A stretch of DNA of 64,000 nucleotides from Laetmonice hystrix (Eukaryota): the NCBI GenBank assembly GCA_965235115.1, contig OZ249436.1, positions 25,794,001-25,858,000 of the forward strand, read 5' to 3'. The notes under the pieces were generated by a model, which saw nothing but the letters and a program-made list of their open reading frames with translations, searched no databases and was not told where the DNA came from. Made by a program: the position numbers and the translations under genes. This document shows, piece by piece, positions 12,802 to 26,050 of this stretch (positions are counted from its first letter, which is position 1; each line of letters opens with the position of its first letter).

Positions 12802-14816
12802 TTATTTTTGGCGATGTAGTTGACGTGACGTGATGACGTCAAACGTATTATGAAAATTGAAGCCATTTTTAAGCTCATATTGGGAATTTGTTTGAAAACC
12901 CGTCATGGCCTCATAATCGGCCAAAGGTGCTGCCTCAACTTGAGTCTTGTTTGACCTTTGACCCTTGACCTTAGGGTGAACTGGGTCATTGGTCACAAAT
13001 CGGTTAAATTGCTACTTCTTCTTCATTTTGTGGTAAAATATGACAATATTTGGCAGGAAGATTCTCTAACAAGAGCTTCACAACTGTTGTTGAACGGATG
13101 AGAGATTTGACCTATTTCCGCCGAACCACGTGACTTTGAAGTTTGTCACTTTTGACATTTTTTTCTAAAACTGCTTTAGTCATATAGGAATCGTGTATTT
13201 GGTCACTAGATATGTGCTGCTATTGACGATTGGTCACTTTGCATATTTCTTTTCATAAATTTACCAATATTTTTTTTTATTTATGATGAAATAATGTAAT
13301 CTGACGTTGACAGGCTATACCTTAAACCTGTTTAAGATAACCATATACAAATACAACAATTACAAAGTGTATAGATTCAGGTATACCACTGGCTGTTTAG
13401 TTCTTCTTTTGGAAAGGTAATATGGCCAGAATTGTAAGTTTTAATGGGTATAGTCTTCACAATAATATTTTTGCCGTCTGACAGTTGGCATCTCTGAATA
13501 CACAGATCTCCCACTGAGATGATAAGGGCCGGCCGGCCGGCCTACTCCCCCCTCCCTCCCAGTGAGGGAGGAATATGATTGTGTATTCAGGTTCTATCCC
13601 CCATGATAACTTTCCACGAAATGTTTGGGCAGGGGTTAGGGTTAATGTCAGGGATAGGGATAGGGATAGGATAGGGATATGTTTTGGGGAGGTGTAGGGA
13701 CTGGGGTTAGGGGTTAGGGGTTAGGGCTTAGGGATAAGGTCAGGGCCATGGATCTTTCCTTTCTACCAAATTTCGTGGAGTTTAAGTTATCATGGGCGAT
13801 ATACCTGTATTCAGAACTGACTTAGCTGTGCCTTTGAACTGTAGGTGTAACTGCCTAATGCATTTGTTTTTGAATCTTATGTAGGAGAGCTGAATAAAAC
13901 AATACTACTGATTGTTGGTTGTGGAGTTCAAGTGACACGACAAGCTTTTGGTCACCTACACTTGGTTTAGCCTGAGCCAACAGTCTGGTGTGGATGACAT
14001 TCGCACCTATTGGTAAAGTTTCATGATGTATGACTACGTGTTGGCTAAATGGCGAGAGATAGAAGTGAACGAACGGTGTGCACAGTAGACAGGTATGCAG
14101 TCGTCCTGGCGAGCGGCACAATAGATGCAGCCATCACTTGAGCGGGTCTGCGGAGGGACAAGGGGAACGCTCTGTGAGAAATACTTAAGGACTGTTTATA
14201 TAACATGCCAGCCATCGGGCGGCAGCTCTCAATCAAATGAGCCGGTCAGGGGCGGTCAGTTAATTGGACGTGGGCCATCGGCCAATGACCAGTGGCCATC
14301 CTTTAGACTGGGACTGGGGCAAAAACGTGAACGAGGGGAAGAGCACTAAGAGAGAGAGAGACTAGGGGAGAAGGAGGAGAGACAGAGCGCCGACCGGCGC
14401 CGCCGGGCGTGGGCACATCCCTCTATGTCCCCACTCTTTTTTTTTTTTTGAAGAATTGACAAAAAATTATTGTTTGGCTAGCCCCGGGTCCAGGATTTTC
14501 AGCAGAGGGGTCACGGGAAGTCTTTAAAAATTAAAAGCTCTAAGAAGAGATTTCCCGCCTTTTAGGGGCTATTTTATGGATTCATCACTCAACCAGTTCA
14601 AAATAGCCGGAATGCTTTGCTCTATACATGCTCTTTCATTTGAGACCAAGATTTATTACGTAGTATGACGTGTCTCCTCATAATTGGCATCTTCTAAAGC
14701 TTATAAGTCATGAACTGTGCAAGATCGAGCCATAGTTTACCCTACTCAGAACATGTCATATATCACGTGACTCCCCGGGGATGGGATCAATTGTGGTATC
14801 GCCACAACGTGTCTAG
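12802..14816 (+). mobile_element. HINE unit C (headless, cargo-bearing)
   Basis: Starts TTATTTTTGGCG after CTAG; body similar to 37110-38140 and 30600-31800; ends GGGGATGGGAT-CAA-TTGTGGTATCGCCACAA-CGTGTCTAG at 14816. Confidence 0.8.
13588..13807. mobile_element. 220-bp MITE with internal telomere-like (TTAGGG/ATAGGG) repeats
   Basis: Imperfect TIRs CAGGTTCTATCCCCCATGATAACT / AGTTATCATGGGCGATATACCTG; TATT duplicated at 13584-13587 and 13808-13811; empty site GTGTATTCAGAAC visible in paralogous unit G near 37930. Confidence 0.8.
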
Positions 14817-15893
14817 TTATCCCATCCCCCATCAAGGGGATGGGATTTTGAAATTGTGTGGTTTCATCTTCCGTATTATTCCCGTAGGTTGTAGTAGTTA
14901 GACTCATTCCCTTATAGCATCATATCTCACTCATTTTTCAAGATATCAATACGAAACTTGGTAGGCATATTAAGGACACCAGAGAGAAATGCCAGTTTGA
15001 AGCATGACGTCATATGACGTCATGTCATGACGTTATGACGTAGATTTTCTTTTGTACATTGAGGCCCATTTTCTCAGCCCATATCGGGAATTTCAAAAAT
15101 ACCTCGTGCCACTATAATCAGGCAAGGGTGTTGCCTAAGTATGACCCTTAATTTGACCTTTGGCCTTTGACCTTAGGGAGAACTGGGTCAAACGTCACAA
15201 ATCGGTTAAATCGGAACTCCTTCCCCATTTTGGGGTAAAATTTGATAATATAGGGTAAAAACATTCTCCAATGAAAGCTTCAAAAAATAGAGCAGCGGAT
15301 AAGCAATTTGATCTATTTTCACAGAACCACATGACCTTGAAGTTTTGAATGTGGGTCTTTTCGGAGAATAATCGCTGTAACGTTTGAAAGACTCCAGACA
15401 GAGGCATAATTGTTCATGAACCTGATACACTTTGGTGGCCTCTTTATTTAGGTATCATAATTTTTGTGTCACGTGACTTCTTACGTCATCTACAACGTCA
15501 TTTGTGTAATTTGCATTAGCGACGGAATGGTCAGCTCACACCCTTTAATATGTATAGGGTAGGGACTTCAAAGTGTCTGCTATTTTATATTATAAGTGTC
15601 AATAAGCAAAATTTATAATTAACAAGACAGCAGTTCAATATATACCAAAATAGTGAGGACAGGCGGCGAATTTCACGATTAATGGATGACCTACTTTGTG
15701 ACATGTTCCCTCTCTTATGTGGGTCAGTCCTGTGTGTGATCGTCGCTTTGGTAGACTAAAAGTAGGGCTTGCGTATATTTCCGACAAAACTACATCTTTC
15801 GTCATGAAATTTTAGGAGTATAGCTTGCTAACATGTTAAGCTTCGGGCCTATAAAATATGTAGACGATACTCTAAGTAGTTTGGGGAGGCGAC

Positions 15894-16766
15894 GGTGGGA
15901 GGTTTGGAAAGAGACGTTGGCAGCAGACACCCTTCAATGAGCGCCCGCCCGCCTGCCTGCCTGCACGCCTCCCCTGCTCACACTGACCAATAGCCTATAT
16001 GGCCGTATCTCATTAACCGTTGCTAATTTTAACCTGGTATCAAATTTTTTGAGGAGACGTAGAATAATGAAAGGAAGTAGGCCTAATCATTCTCTGCATG
16101 TAGGGGTCTATGTTTTTGAAATGCTTGCACATGTTGTCTGTCCGCACATGTCTCTCCCAGCCCTATCAATAGATGGAGCGCAGACCGCCGGTGGGAGGTT
16201 TGAAAAGAGACGTTGGCAGCAGACACCCTTCACTGAGCGCCCGCCCGCCTGCCTCCACGCCTCCCCTGCTTACACTGACCAATAGCCTATATGGCCGTAT
16301 CTCATTAACCGTTGCTAATTTTAACCTGGTATCAAATTTTTTGAGGAGACGTAGAATAATGAAAGGAAGTAGGCCTAATCATTCTCTGCATGTAGGGTCT
16401 ATGTTTTTGAAATGCTTGCACATGTTGTCTGTCCGCACATGTCTCTCCCAGCCCTATTAATAGATGGAGCGCAGACCGCCGGTGGGAGGTTTGAAAAGAG
16501 ACGTTGGCAGCAGACACCCTTCACTGAGCGCCCGCCCGCCTGCCTCCACGCCTCCCCTGCTTACACTGACCAATAGCCTATATGGCCGTATCTCATCAAC
16601 CGTTGCTAATTTTAACCTGGTATCAAATTTTTTGAGGAGACGTAGAATAATGAAAGGAAGTAGGCCTAATCATTCTCTGCATGTAGGGTCTATGTTTTTG
16701 AAATGCTTGCACATGTTGTCTGTCCGCACATGTCTCTCACAGCCCTATTAATAGATGGAGCGCAGA
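15894..16766 (+). repeat. ~291-bp tandem repeat, 3 copies
   Basis: GGTGGGAGGTTTG starts at ~15894, ~16190 and ~16481; near-identical ORFs at 16173 and 16464; single copy in D2 and D3. Confidence 0.9.
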
Positions 16767-16862
16767 CAGGCAGGCAGTGGCGGTCTGCACATATAAAAGG
16801 GACCAATTATAGTGACCTGCAATTATCTTCTGCAAACCTCACCCTTGTTACTGTTGGTTAAC

Positions 16863-16871
<9 letters not shown>

Positions 16872-16914
<43 letters not shown>
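16872..16914. repeat. (CT)n microsatellite following poly-C
   Basis: Direct reading; shorter versions at ~20558 and ~27546. Confidence 0.95.
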
Positions 16915-16917
<3 letters not shown>

Positions 16918-18234
16918 AGGCACACCAAACCAAGCCCATCACCTCCCATTGTTAATCAGGCTGTTACTTTTCCTGGGCATTGAAAACAATGGGGCACACC
17001 TTTATTTTTGGAACCCATCATATATTCACACGTAAAACAATGGGTGTTAAAGGAACATTATGCAGCTTTTGGTATATAGCAGGCCAGTCCCCACTGGGAA
17101 CCTAGAGACCCAGGGGTAATATACTGAATTCTTGACCATCCTCAGACACATGAGTGTCCATCTATAGATCTAAGCCGCACCCCCAATCTATGATTAGTTT
17201 GAGGAGGAAAAAAGTGCAGCTTGTACACGGAAGATTACGGCTCAAGAAAGGAATTCATACTGCTGGATTCAGTACTTTTATATTGTTTAATCTGTTATCA
17301 GTGGCGGATCTTATTATCTTATGGTATCAGTTTCTGAAATATAATTCATCAGTCAATGTATTATAAACATAGAACATTCAATTAATGTAACAAAGTATCA
17401 TTTTAGACAGGAGAGCAAATCACTCTCCTGGGCATTTTTAGGAGGACTGTTTAGCTCTCCACCATTTTTCAAACTGCAAGGCCTGAAAACCCACATTATT
17501 TGGAGAAGTACCAGAGTAGTTAGTGCTTGGGTACATGGGGGTTAGGGTGACTGAGATATCAGTAACACATTGAATAAGACCCACATTATTATGGCCACAT
17601 TATTTGGAACAGCATTTAGTTAGTACTTGGTATATGGGGATCGGGGGTAACAGACGCCCTTCTCCTTAATCGGACTGAAGTCAGCGGGCTGGGGAGGGGG
17701 ACTGGCGGTGGAAGGGACGTCCTGGCGGGAGGGAAGGTCGCCACCGCTACTGCTTCAAACCCTTCATCTAGGTATAGGTATGATTCCCTGACCAACAGTT
17801 CTCAGAACAGACGAACCCGATTTTGGCCCAAAACCCACAAGATTTACTTTCTACTCACATACACACACCTGGACACTGCCCACTGCACTGCGTTCTGTTT
17901 CATTAAATATCCCCATAAAAGACTGGCGGATGATCCAGGATTTTGCGTTGGGATTGGGGGGGGGGGTGGTGAAGGCAATTATAGCGACATGATAACTGTG
18001 GTATTCTTTCTTTCATACCGCATGTTAAGTAGGGTTGTATAAATAAAGGATAAACACCGTTCAAAAGCACGGCTCCCTGGTTTATCATAGATTTAACCAT
18101 TTGACCACCATATCCCTGCTACTGGCAAAGAGGCGCCTTCGAAAACTATATTAAGAAGCATCATTCTGCAGAAGTTCATGGCGCTGCTCGGCAGGCGAAT
18201 GGCTGAGGACACGTGTGTTCCCACGCTTACCTGC

Positions 18235-18248
18235 CGCCCCCTGGTGGC
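18235..18248 (+). promoter_or_regulatory. CTCF-core-like motif (also at 21623-21636 and 29473-29486)
   Basis: CGCCCCCTGGTGGC, the reverse complement of GCCACCAGGGGGCG, fits the bilaterian CTCF core consensus; binding not shown. Confidence 0.4.
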
Positions 18249-19090
18249 CGCATATGCTACTATGTGAACATGGGTGCCGAAAAAGTGGTGTTTATTTGTC
18301 AAACTTTCAGCCTATATAAACTGTTGTACATTCTGTAAATAGCTGACTACACCATCTGAAAGGAAATTCTCTTTAGGGCCTATCTTGAAAATCATCCCGT
18401 TTTACATGCAATTTAATACCTTTCTTTTGCTCCAAAATGGACCAAAGCATTAAAATCTCAATATTTGCTGAGGCATGTCCTAGATCCCTTAGCGCTCGCC
18501 CATTGGTTCTACAAGGCCGGGATCGCAGCACCTACAGATGGAGCCACCAAATTGCAGACTGTATAAAGCACTGCTCTGTTTGGCTCAGAGCTTAATCACA
18601 AAAATAAAAGAGAAAATGCATAATACTCGCATAGTAACGTAAAATCACCTTATAAAAGTATATATAAAAGTATGTTCCTATTTTAGTATAATCCTGCTGT
18701 GTCGCTTAATGATTTACTTTGTCCTGTAAGTGTAACTGTTAAACGGTGCCAGAAAGGCCCATAGTCACTCTTAAACACGATGGAAAGATATGCTCTTTTA
18801 ATATTTATTATATAGCATATCGTATGACGTCATATTGACGTCATTGACATATTCTCAAAATTTCCACAGGCCTGCACATGCTAAACGGTGCTGAACCCTG
18901 TATCTTTGCCCCCCCCCCCCCTGGAAAATTATCTTCCGATGCCTATGATAATGATGGCATTGGAATTTCTTGTGAAAGGTACAAGATGGAGCAATGTTTC
19001 ATGTTGAAAACGAATAGAATACAATGGGTCGGACGGGAACGCCCCAGGGGGATGGGATTCATAATGTGGCTATCGCCACATCCTATCTAG

Positions 19091-22000
19091 TTATCCCATT
19101 CCCCATCAAGGGGATGGGATTTTGAAATTGTGTGGTTTCATCTTCCGTATTATTCCCGTAGGTGTAGTAGTTAGACTCATTCCCTTATAGCATCATATCT
19201 CGCTCATTTTTCAAGATATCAATACGAAACTTGGTAGGCATATTAAGGACACCAGAGAGAAATGCCAGTTTGAAGCATGACGTCATATGACGTCATGTCA
19301 TGACGTTATGACGTAGATTTTCTTTTGTACATTTAGGCCCATTTTCTCAGCCAATATCGGGAATTTCAAAAATACCTCGTGCCACTATAATCAGGCAAGG
19401 GTGTTGCCTAAATATGTCCCTTAATTTGACCTTTGGCCTTTGACCTTAGGGAGAACTGGGTCAAACGTCACAAATCGGTTAAATCGTAAATCCTTCCCCA
19501 TTTTGGGGTAAAATTTGATAATATAGGGTAAAAACATTCTCCAATGAAAGCTTCAAAAAATAGAGCAGCGGATAAGCAATTTGATCTATTTTCACAGAAC
19601 CACGTGACCTTGAAGTTTTGAATGTGGGTCTTTTCGGAGAATAATCGCTGTAACGTTTGAAAGACTCCAGACAGAGGCATAATTGTTCATGAACCTGATA
19701 CACTTTGGTGGCCTCTTTAATTAGGTATCATAATTTTGGTGTCACGTGACTTCTTACGTCATCTACAACGTCATTTGTGTAATTTGCATTAGCGACGGAA
19801 TGGTAAGCTCACACCCTTTAATATGTATAGGGTAGGGACTTCAAAGTGTCTGCTATTTTATATTATAAATGTCAATAAGCAAAATTTATAATTAACAAGA
19901 CAGCAGTTCAATATAAATAGTGAGGACAGGCGGCGAATTTCACGATTAATGGATGACCTACTTTGTGACATGTTCGCTCTCTTATGTGGGTCAGTCCTGT
20001 GTGTGATCGTCGCTTTGGTAGACTAAAAGTAGGACATGCGTATATTTCCGACAAAACTACATCTTTCGTCACGAAATTTTAGGAGTATAGCTTGCTAACA
20101 TGTTAAGCTTCGGGCCTATAAAATATGTAGACGATACTCTAAGTAGTTTGGGGAGGCGACGGTGGGAGGTTTGGAAAGAGACGTTGGCAGCAGACACCCT
20201 TCAATGAGCGCCCGCCCGCCTGCCTGCCTGCACGCCTCCCCTGCTCACACTGACCAATAGCCTATATGGCCGTATCTCATTAACCGTTTCTAATTTTAAC
20301 CTGGTATCAAATTTTTTGAGGAGACGTAGAATAATGAAAGGAAGTAGGCCTAATCATTCTCTGCATGTAGGGGTCTATGTTTTTGAAATGCTTGCACATG
20401 TTGTCTGTCCGCACATGTCTCTCCCAGCCCTATTAATAGATGGAGCGCAGACAGGCAGGCAGTGGCGGTCTGCACATATAAAAGGGACCAATTAGTGACC
20501 TGCAATTATCTTCTGCAACCCTCACCCTTGTTGCTGTTAGTTAGCCCCCCCCCCCCCTCTCTCTCTCTCTCTCTCCCTCTCTCTGAAAGGCACACCAAAC
20601 CAAGCACACACGGACACAGATCTACTTCACATGTCGGGTGGAGCCCCCTCCCCCCCCCCCATGTTGACTTAACAAGAGTCACGATTAATGGTAATGAATC
20701 AGTGCTGATTACAGGGGTAAATATATACTTTTTATTTTTACACATTATTTTGAGAAGGATTTGGAGAAGTAACATAGTTAGTGCTTGGGTACATCGGGGT
20801 CGGGATGACGGACACCCTTGTTATCAGTAAGACATTAAATAAGACCCACATTATTAAAAACCACATTATTTGGAGAAGTACCAGAGTAGTTAGTGCTTGG
20901 GTACATGGGGGTTAGGGTGACTGAGATATCAGTAACACATTGAATAAGACCCACATTATTATGGCCACATTATTTGGAACAGCAGTTAGTTAGTACTTGG
21001 TATAATAGGGGATCGGGGGTGACAGACGCCCTTCTCCTTAATCGGACTGAAGTCAGCGGGCTGGGGAGGGGGACTGGCGGTGGAAGGGACGTCCTGGCGG
21101 GAGGGAAGGTCGCCACCGCTACTGCTGCAAACCCTTCATCTAGGTATAGGTATGATTCCCTGACCAACATTTCTCAGAACAGACGAACCCGATTTTGGCC
21201 CAAAACCCACAAGATTTACTTTCTACTCACATACACACACCTGGACACTGCCCACTGCACTGCGTTCTGTTTCATTAAATATCCCCATAAAAGACTGGCG
21301 GATGATCCAGGATTTTGCGTTGGGATGGGGGGGGGGGGGGGGCGGGGGTGGTGGTGGTGAAGGTAATTATAGCGACATGAAAACTGTGGTATATTCTTTC
21401 TTTCATACCGCATGTTAAGTAGGGTTGTATAAATAAAGGATAAACACCGTTCAAAAGCACGGTTCCCTGGTGTATCGTACATTTAACCATTTGGCCACCA
21501 TATTCCTGCTACTGGCAAAGAGGCGCCTTCGAAAACTATATTAAAAAGCATCATTCTGCAGAATTTCATGGCGCTGCTCGGCAGGCGGAGGGCTGAGGAC
21601 ACGTGTTCCCACGCTTACCTGCCGCCCCCTGGTGGCCGCATATGCTACTTTGTGAACATGGGTGCCGAAAAAGTGGTGTTTATTTTTCAAACTTTCAGCC
21701 TATATGAACTGTTGTACATTCTGTAAATAGCTGACTACACCATCTGAAAGGAAATTCTCTTTAAGGCCTATCTTGAAAATCATCCCGTTTTACATGCAAT
21801 TTAATACCTTTCTTTTGCTCCAAAATGGGCCAAAGCATTCAAATCTCAATATTTGCTGAGGCATGTCCTATCCCTTAGCGCTCGCCCATTGGTTCTACAA
21901 GGCCGGGATCGCAGCACCTACAGATGGAGCCACCAAATTGCAGACTGTATAAAGCACTGCTCTGTTTGGCTCAGAGCCCAATCACAAAAATAAAAGAGAA

Positions 22001-22469
22001 AATGCATAATACTCGCATAGTAACGTAAAATCACCTTATAAAAGTATAAGTATGTTCATATTTTAGTATAATCCTGCTGTGTCGCTTAATGATTTACTTT
22101 GTCCTGTAAGTGTAACTGCTAAACGGTGCCAGAAAGGCCCATAGTCACTCTTAAACACGATAGAAAGATATGCTCTTTTAATATTTATTATATAGCATAT
22201 CGTATGACGTCATATTGACGTCATTGACATATTCTCAAAATTTCCACAGGCCTGCACATGCTAAACGGTGCTGAACCCTGTATCTTTGCCCCCCCCCCCC
22301 TGGAAAATTATCTTCCGATGCCTATGATAATGATGGCATTGGAATTTCTTGTGAAAGGTACAAGATGGAGCAATGTTTCATGTTGAAAACGAATAGAATA
22401 CAATGGGTCGGACGGGAACGCCCCAGGGGGATGGGATTCATAATGTGGCTATCGCCACATCCTATCTAG
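19091..22469 (+). mobile_element. Full-length HINE unit D2
   Basis: Same head and 3' end as D1, directly head-to-tail; CTAG at 22466-22469. Confidence 0.88.
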
Positions 22470-24804
22470 TTCCCGTAGTAGTAGTTGTAGTAGTTGCTTC
22501 TGTGCATACAGGTCAGTTATTGATAAAGATATCCAAATGAAACTTGGCAGGGACATTCACAATGGTAGAGAGATTCGACCTCTATACTTATTACGTCATA
22601 CGACGTCACGTCATGACGTCATGACGTATTTTGCATTTTAAACTTATAGGCATTTCTTGAAGTCATAATCCATAGTTTCCGAAAACTTTTCATAGCCTAA
22701 TAATCGGGCATAGACCGTTTTTACTAATCTTCATTATTTTGACCTTTGACCTTTGACGTCATGGAAAAGTAGGTCATATGTCCGAAAGTGGTCAAATCGC
22801 TACTCCTCTGCCATTTTTTGAGAAAATATAATAATTTTTGGTAGACAGGTTTTCTGTAGTGAGGTTTATTTGATCGAGTGGGGAATAAGCAATTTGACCT
22901 ATTTTCGCTGTACCACGTGACCTTAAAGTTGGCAAAATTGACCATTTGAGATGTACATTGCTATAACTCTAAAATGAAGCGAGATAGAGCCATGGTTACT
23001 ATTGAGGTCATATAGGAAGTCATACATGCTCTTTCTATTGACACCAATACTGATGACATAGGGTGACGTATTACGTCGTAATGACGTTATTGATATATCA
23101 GCAATAATGTTTAAAGAGCTATAACTCCTAAACGGGGCCAGATAGAGCCATGGTTACTATTGTAGCCATATAGGAAGTCATAGATGATCTTTCGAAAGAC
23201 ACTATTATCGATGACGTAGGATGACGTATTACGTCATAATGACATCATTGACCTATAACCAATATTGCTTAAAGAGCTATAACTCTTAAACGAGGCCAGA
23301 TAGAGCTATGGTTACTATTGCAGCCATATATTAAGTCATACATGCTCTTTCAAAAGACACCAATACTGATGACATAGGGTGACGTTTTACGTCATAATGA
23401 CGTCATTGATATATTACCAATTGGCATTTGTGCATCTATCTCAGTCATTTATAAAGATATCCGAATGAAACTTGACAGGGACATTCACCATGGCAGAGAG
23501 AATGGACACATGTAACTATTACGTCATATGACGTCACATCATGACGTCATGACGTAATTTGTATTTTAGACTTGGAGGTATTTCTTCAAACCATATTCCT
23601 TAGTTTCCTAAACTTTTCTTAGAATAATTACTTCCATAGACCCTTTTTCCTTACGACCATTATTTTGACCTATATACTCTGACGTCATGAAAAAGAAGGT
23701 CACGTGCCCTAAGGTGGTTAATTCGCTACTTCTCTGCCATTTTTAGATGAAGTCTGACAATTTTTTGTTGACAGGCCTTGTGTGGGAAGCTTTACTAGAA
23801 AACTTCAGCAATAAGGTATTTGACCTATTTTAGCTGAACCACGTGACCTTGAAGTTGTTAAAATTCACTATTGCAGATGCACATTGCTATAACTCTAAAA
23901 CAAAGCGAGATACAGCCATGGTTACTATAGAGGTCATATAGGAAGTCATAGATGCTCTTTCGATTGACACCAATACCAATGACGTAGGGTGACGTTTTAC
24001 GTTATAATGATGTCATTGATATATAAGGAATATATAAACAGCTATAACTCCTAAACCAGGCCAGATAGAGGTATGGTTACTATTAATGCCATATAGGAAG
24101 TCATGGATGCTCTTTCGAAAGACACCGATATCGATGACGTATGGTGATGTATTACGTCATAATGACGTCATTGACCTATAACCAATATTATCTAAACAGC
24201 TATAACTCTTAAACGGGTCCAGATATAGCTATATTCATTATTGCAGCCATATAGTAAGTCATACATGCTCTTTCAAAAGACACTAAGAGTGCTGAGGTAT
24301 TATGTCACAATGACATCATCCATAGATCACCATTATTATTTAAACAGCTGTAACTCCTAAACGGGGCAAAATAGAGCTATGGTTACTATTGAAGCCATAT
24401 AGGAAGTCATAGATGCTTTTTCAACTTTTCAACGTCATACTGACGTCATTGACCCGTAATTAATAATATCTAAACCGCTATAACTCTTAAACGGGGCCAG
24501 ATAGAACTATGGTTACTATTGAAGCCATATAGTCAGTCATACATGTATGCTCTTTCTAAAGACACCAAGATGGGTGATGTATTACGTCACAATGACATCA
24601 TTGATAGATCACCAATATTATTTTAACAGCTATAACTCTTAAACGGGGTCATTGATAGAGGACCAATATTAATTATTGAGGTCATATAGGAAGTCATAAC
24701 ATAATGCTCTTTCGATCAACAGGCCTATCGATGACCTAGAGGTTGTCTAACATAATAATGGATCTATGATTTTCGTTGCCAGGGGATGGGATACAAGATG
24801 TTGG
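22470..24804 (+). mobile_element. HINE unit E (headless; 3' hairpin broken by an inversion)
   Basis: Starts TTCCCGTAGTAG after CTAG; diverged ~146-150-bp repeats; GGGGATGGGATACAAGATGTTGG stops mid-hairpin at 24804; inverted paralogue at 61245-63173. Confidence 0.82.
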
Positions 24805-26034
24805 TAAAAGAAAATCTACGTCATAACGTCATGACATGACGTCATATGACGTCATGCTTCAAACTGGCATTTCTCTCTGGTGTCCTTAATATGCCTACCA
24901 AGTTTTGTATTGATATCTTGAAAAATATGCGAGATATGATGCTATAATGCTTAGGTCCCACTGGGGAAAAATCATCGGCGATGTAGAAATACACAAATCG
25001 GCTCCCGATGGCTCCCGATGCTCCCGAAGTTTTTGGCCCAAACAACGGAGCAGTCCCATTACAGATGGCACGCATTAGGCATCGGGAATGGTCCAGAGAA
25101 TGTCCCCCGAACAATGGCCATGAATCATCGGGGATGGCTCCCGATGGCCGGGAAAGCCCCGGGGTACCTTCGGCGATAATCGGCGAAGGTGCCCCGGAGC
25201 TACCCCGAATTTGAAACACCATCGGGGAAATATCCCCGTAGATTAGGGGAAGCATCGGTGAGTACTTGCGAACCATCCCCGGTGCCTCCCCAATAACCCT
25301 TCCCCGAGGCACCGGGGATGGTTCGCAAGTACTCACCGATGCTTCCCCGGTGCCTCGGGGAAGCATTGGGGAGGTATGGGAAGAATGCACTTTCAACCAT
25401 GACCGACATTTCGGCGAATATTCGGGAATGCAACCCCACATCGGGAATGTATCACCGACAGGTCGCTGATAGGTCGCCGGACATGCGGCGGAGATCAAAA
25501 TATCCCCGGAGGTTCCCTGATCCTTCGCCGAAACAACACACGAGGTTCGGGGGGACGAAGGTTTCGCGGAATGAGTCTAACTACTACACCTACGGGAATA
25601 ATACGGAAGATGAAACCACACAATTTCAAAATCCCATCCCCGGGGCTTCCCCGGGGCTCGGGAAAGCTACGGGGTTGTCTCCCCGGCCTGTTTTACCGAC
25701 AAAACGTCGGGAACACATCAGGAAAAATTTCAATGCAGACATTGAAATTTTGTGCAGTTCTCCCGATGCCTCCCGATGGTTCCACATGGCTCCCGATGCT
25801 CCCGAGGCTTCCCCGGAACACCGGGGAACCTGTTCCCGACGCCTCCCGAGGCTCTTCAATTTACATCGGGAGAACATCCCCGAGGCCAAAAATGCCCAGT
25901 GGGACTGAGCCATAAGGGAATGAGTCTAACTACTACACCTACGGGAATAATACGGAAGATGAAACCACACAATTTCAAAATCCCATCCCCTTGATGGGGG
26001 ATGGGATAATAATAACTAGCGCCGATGTGGCTAG
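24805..26034 (-). other. Inverted segment: 3' tip of unit E plus the first ~240 bp of a D-type unit, interrupted by a MITE
   Basis: 24806-24947 and 25913-26015 are the reverse complement of the D head region (cf. 26051-26290); 26016-26034 is the reverse complement of the E terminus TAGCCACATCGGCGCTAG. Confidence 0.85.
24948..25912. mobile_element. GC-rich PIF/Harbinger-like MITE, copy 1
   Basis: TIR core GTCCCACTGGG / CCCAGTGGGAC; TAA duplicated at 24945-24947 and 25913-25915; removing it restores the D sequence GCTATAAGGGAATG. Confidence 0.85.
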
Positions 26035-26050
26035 GCCACATCCTATCTAG

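Larger units (their letters stand above)
14817..19090 (+). mobile_element. Full-length HINE unit D1 (with 5' head)
   Basis: 5' TTATCCCATCCCCCATCAAGGGGATGGGAT (subTIR plus inverted copy forming a hairpin); 3' GGGGATGGGAT + ATGTGGCTATCGCCACAT hairpin + CCTATCTAG at 19090. This is the DINE-1/HINE layout. Confidence 0.88.

Noticed and set aside
13633..13745. True telomere or chromosome-fusion scar
   Set aside because: Short, degenerate and enclosed by TIRs and a TSD, with an empty paralogous site.
24842..25994. Cluster of overlapping 60-218-aa ORFs (also 27725-28740)
   Set aside because: They lie within a GC-rich MITE, are open in several frames, are not preserved between the two copies, and show no recognisable domain.
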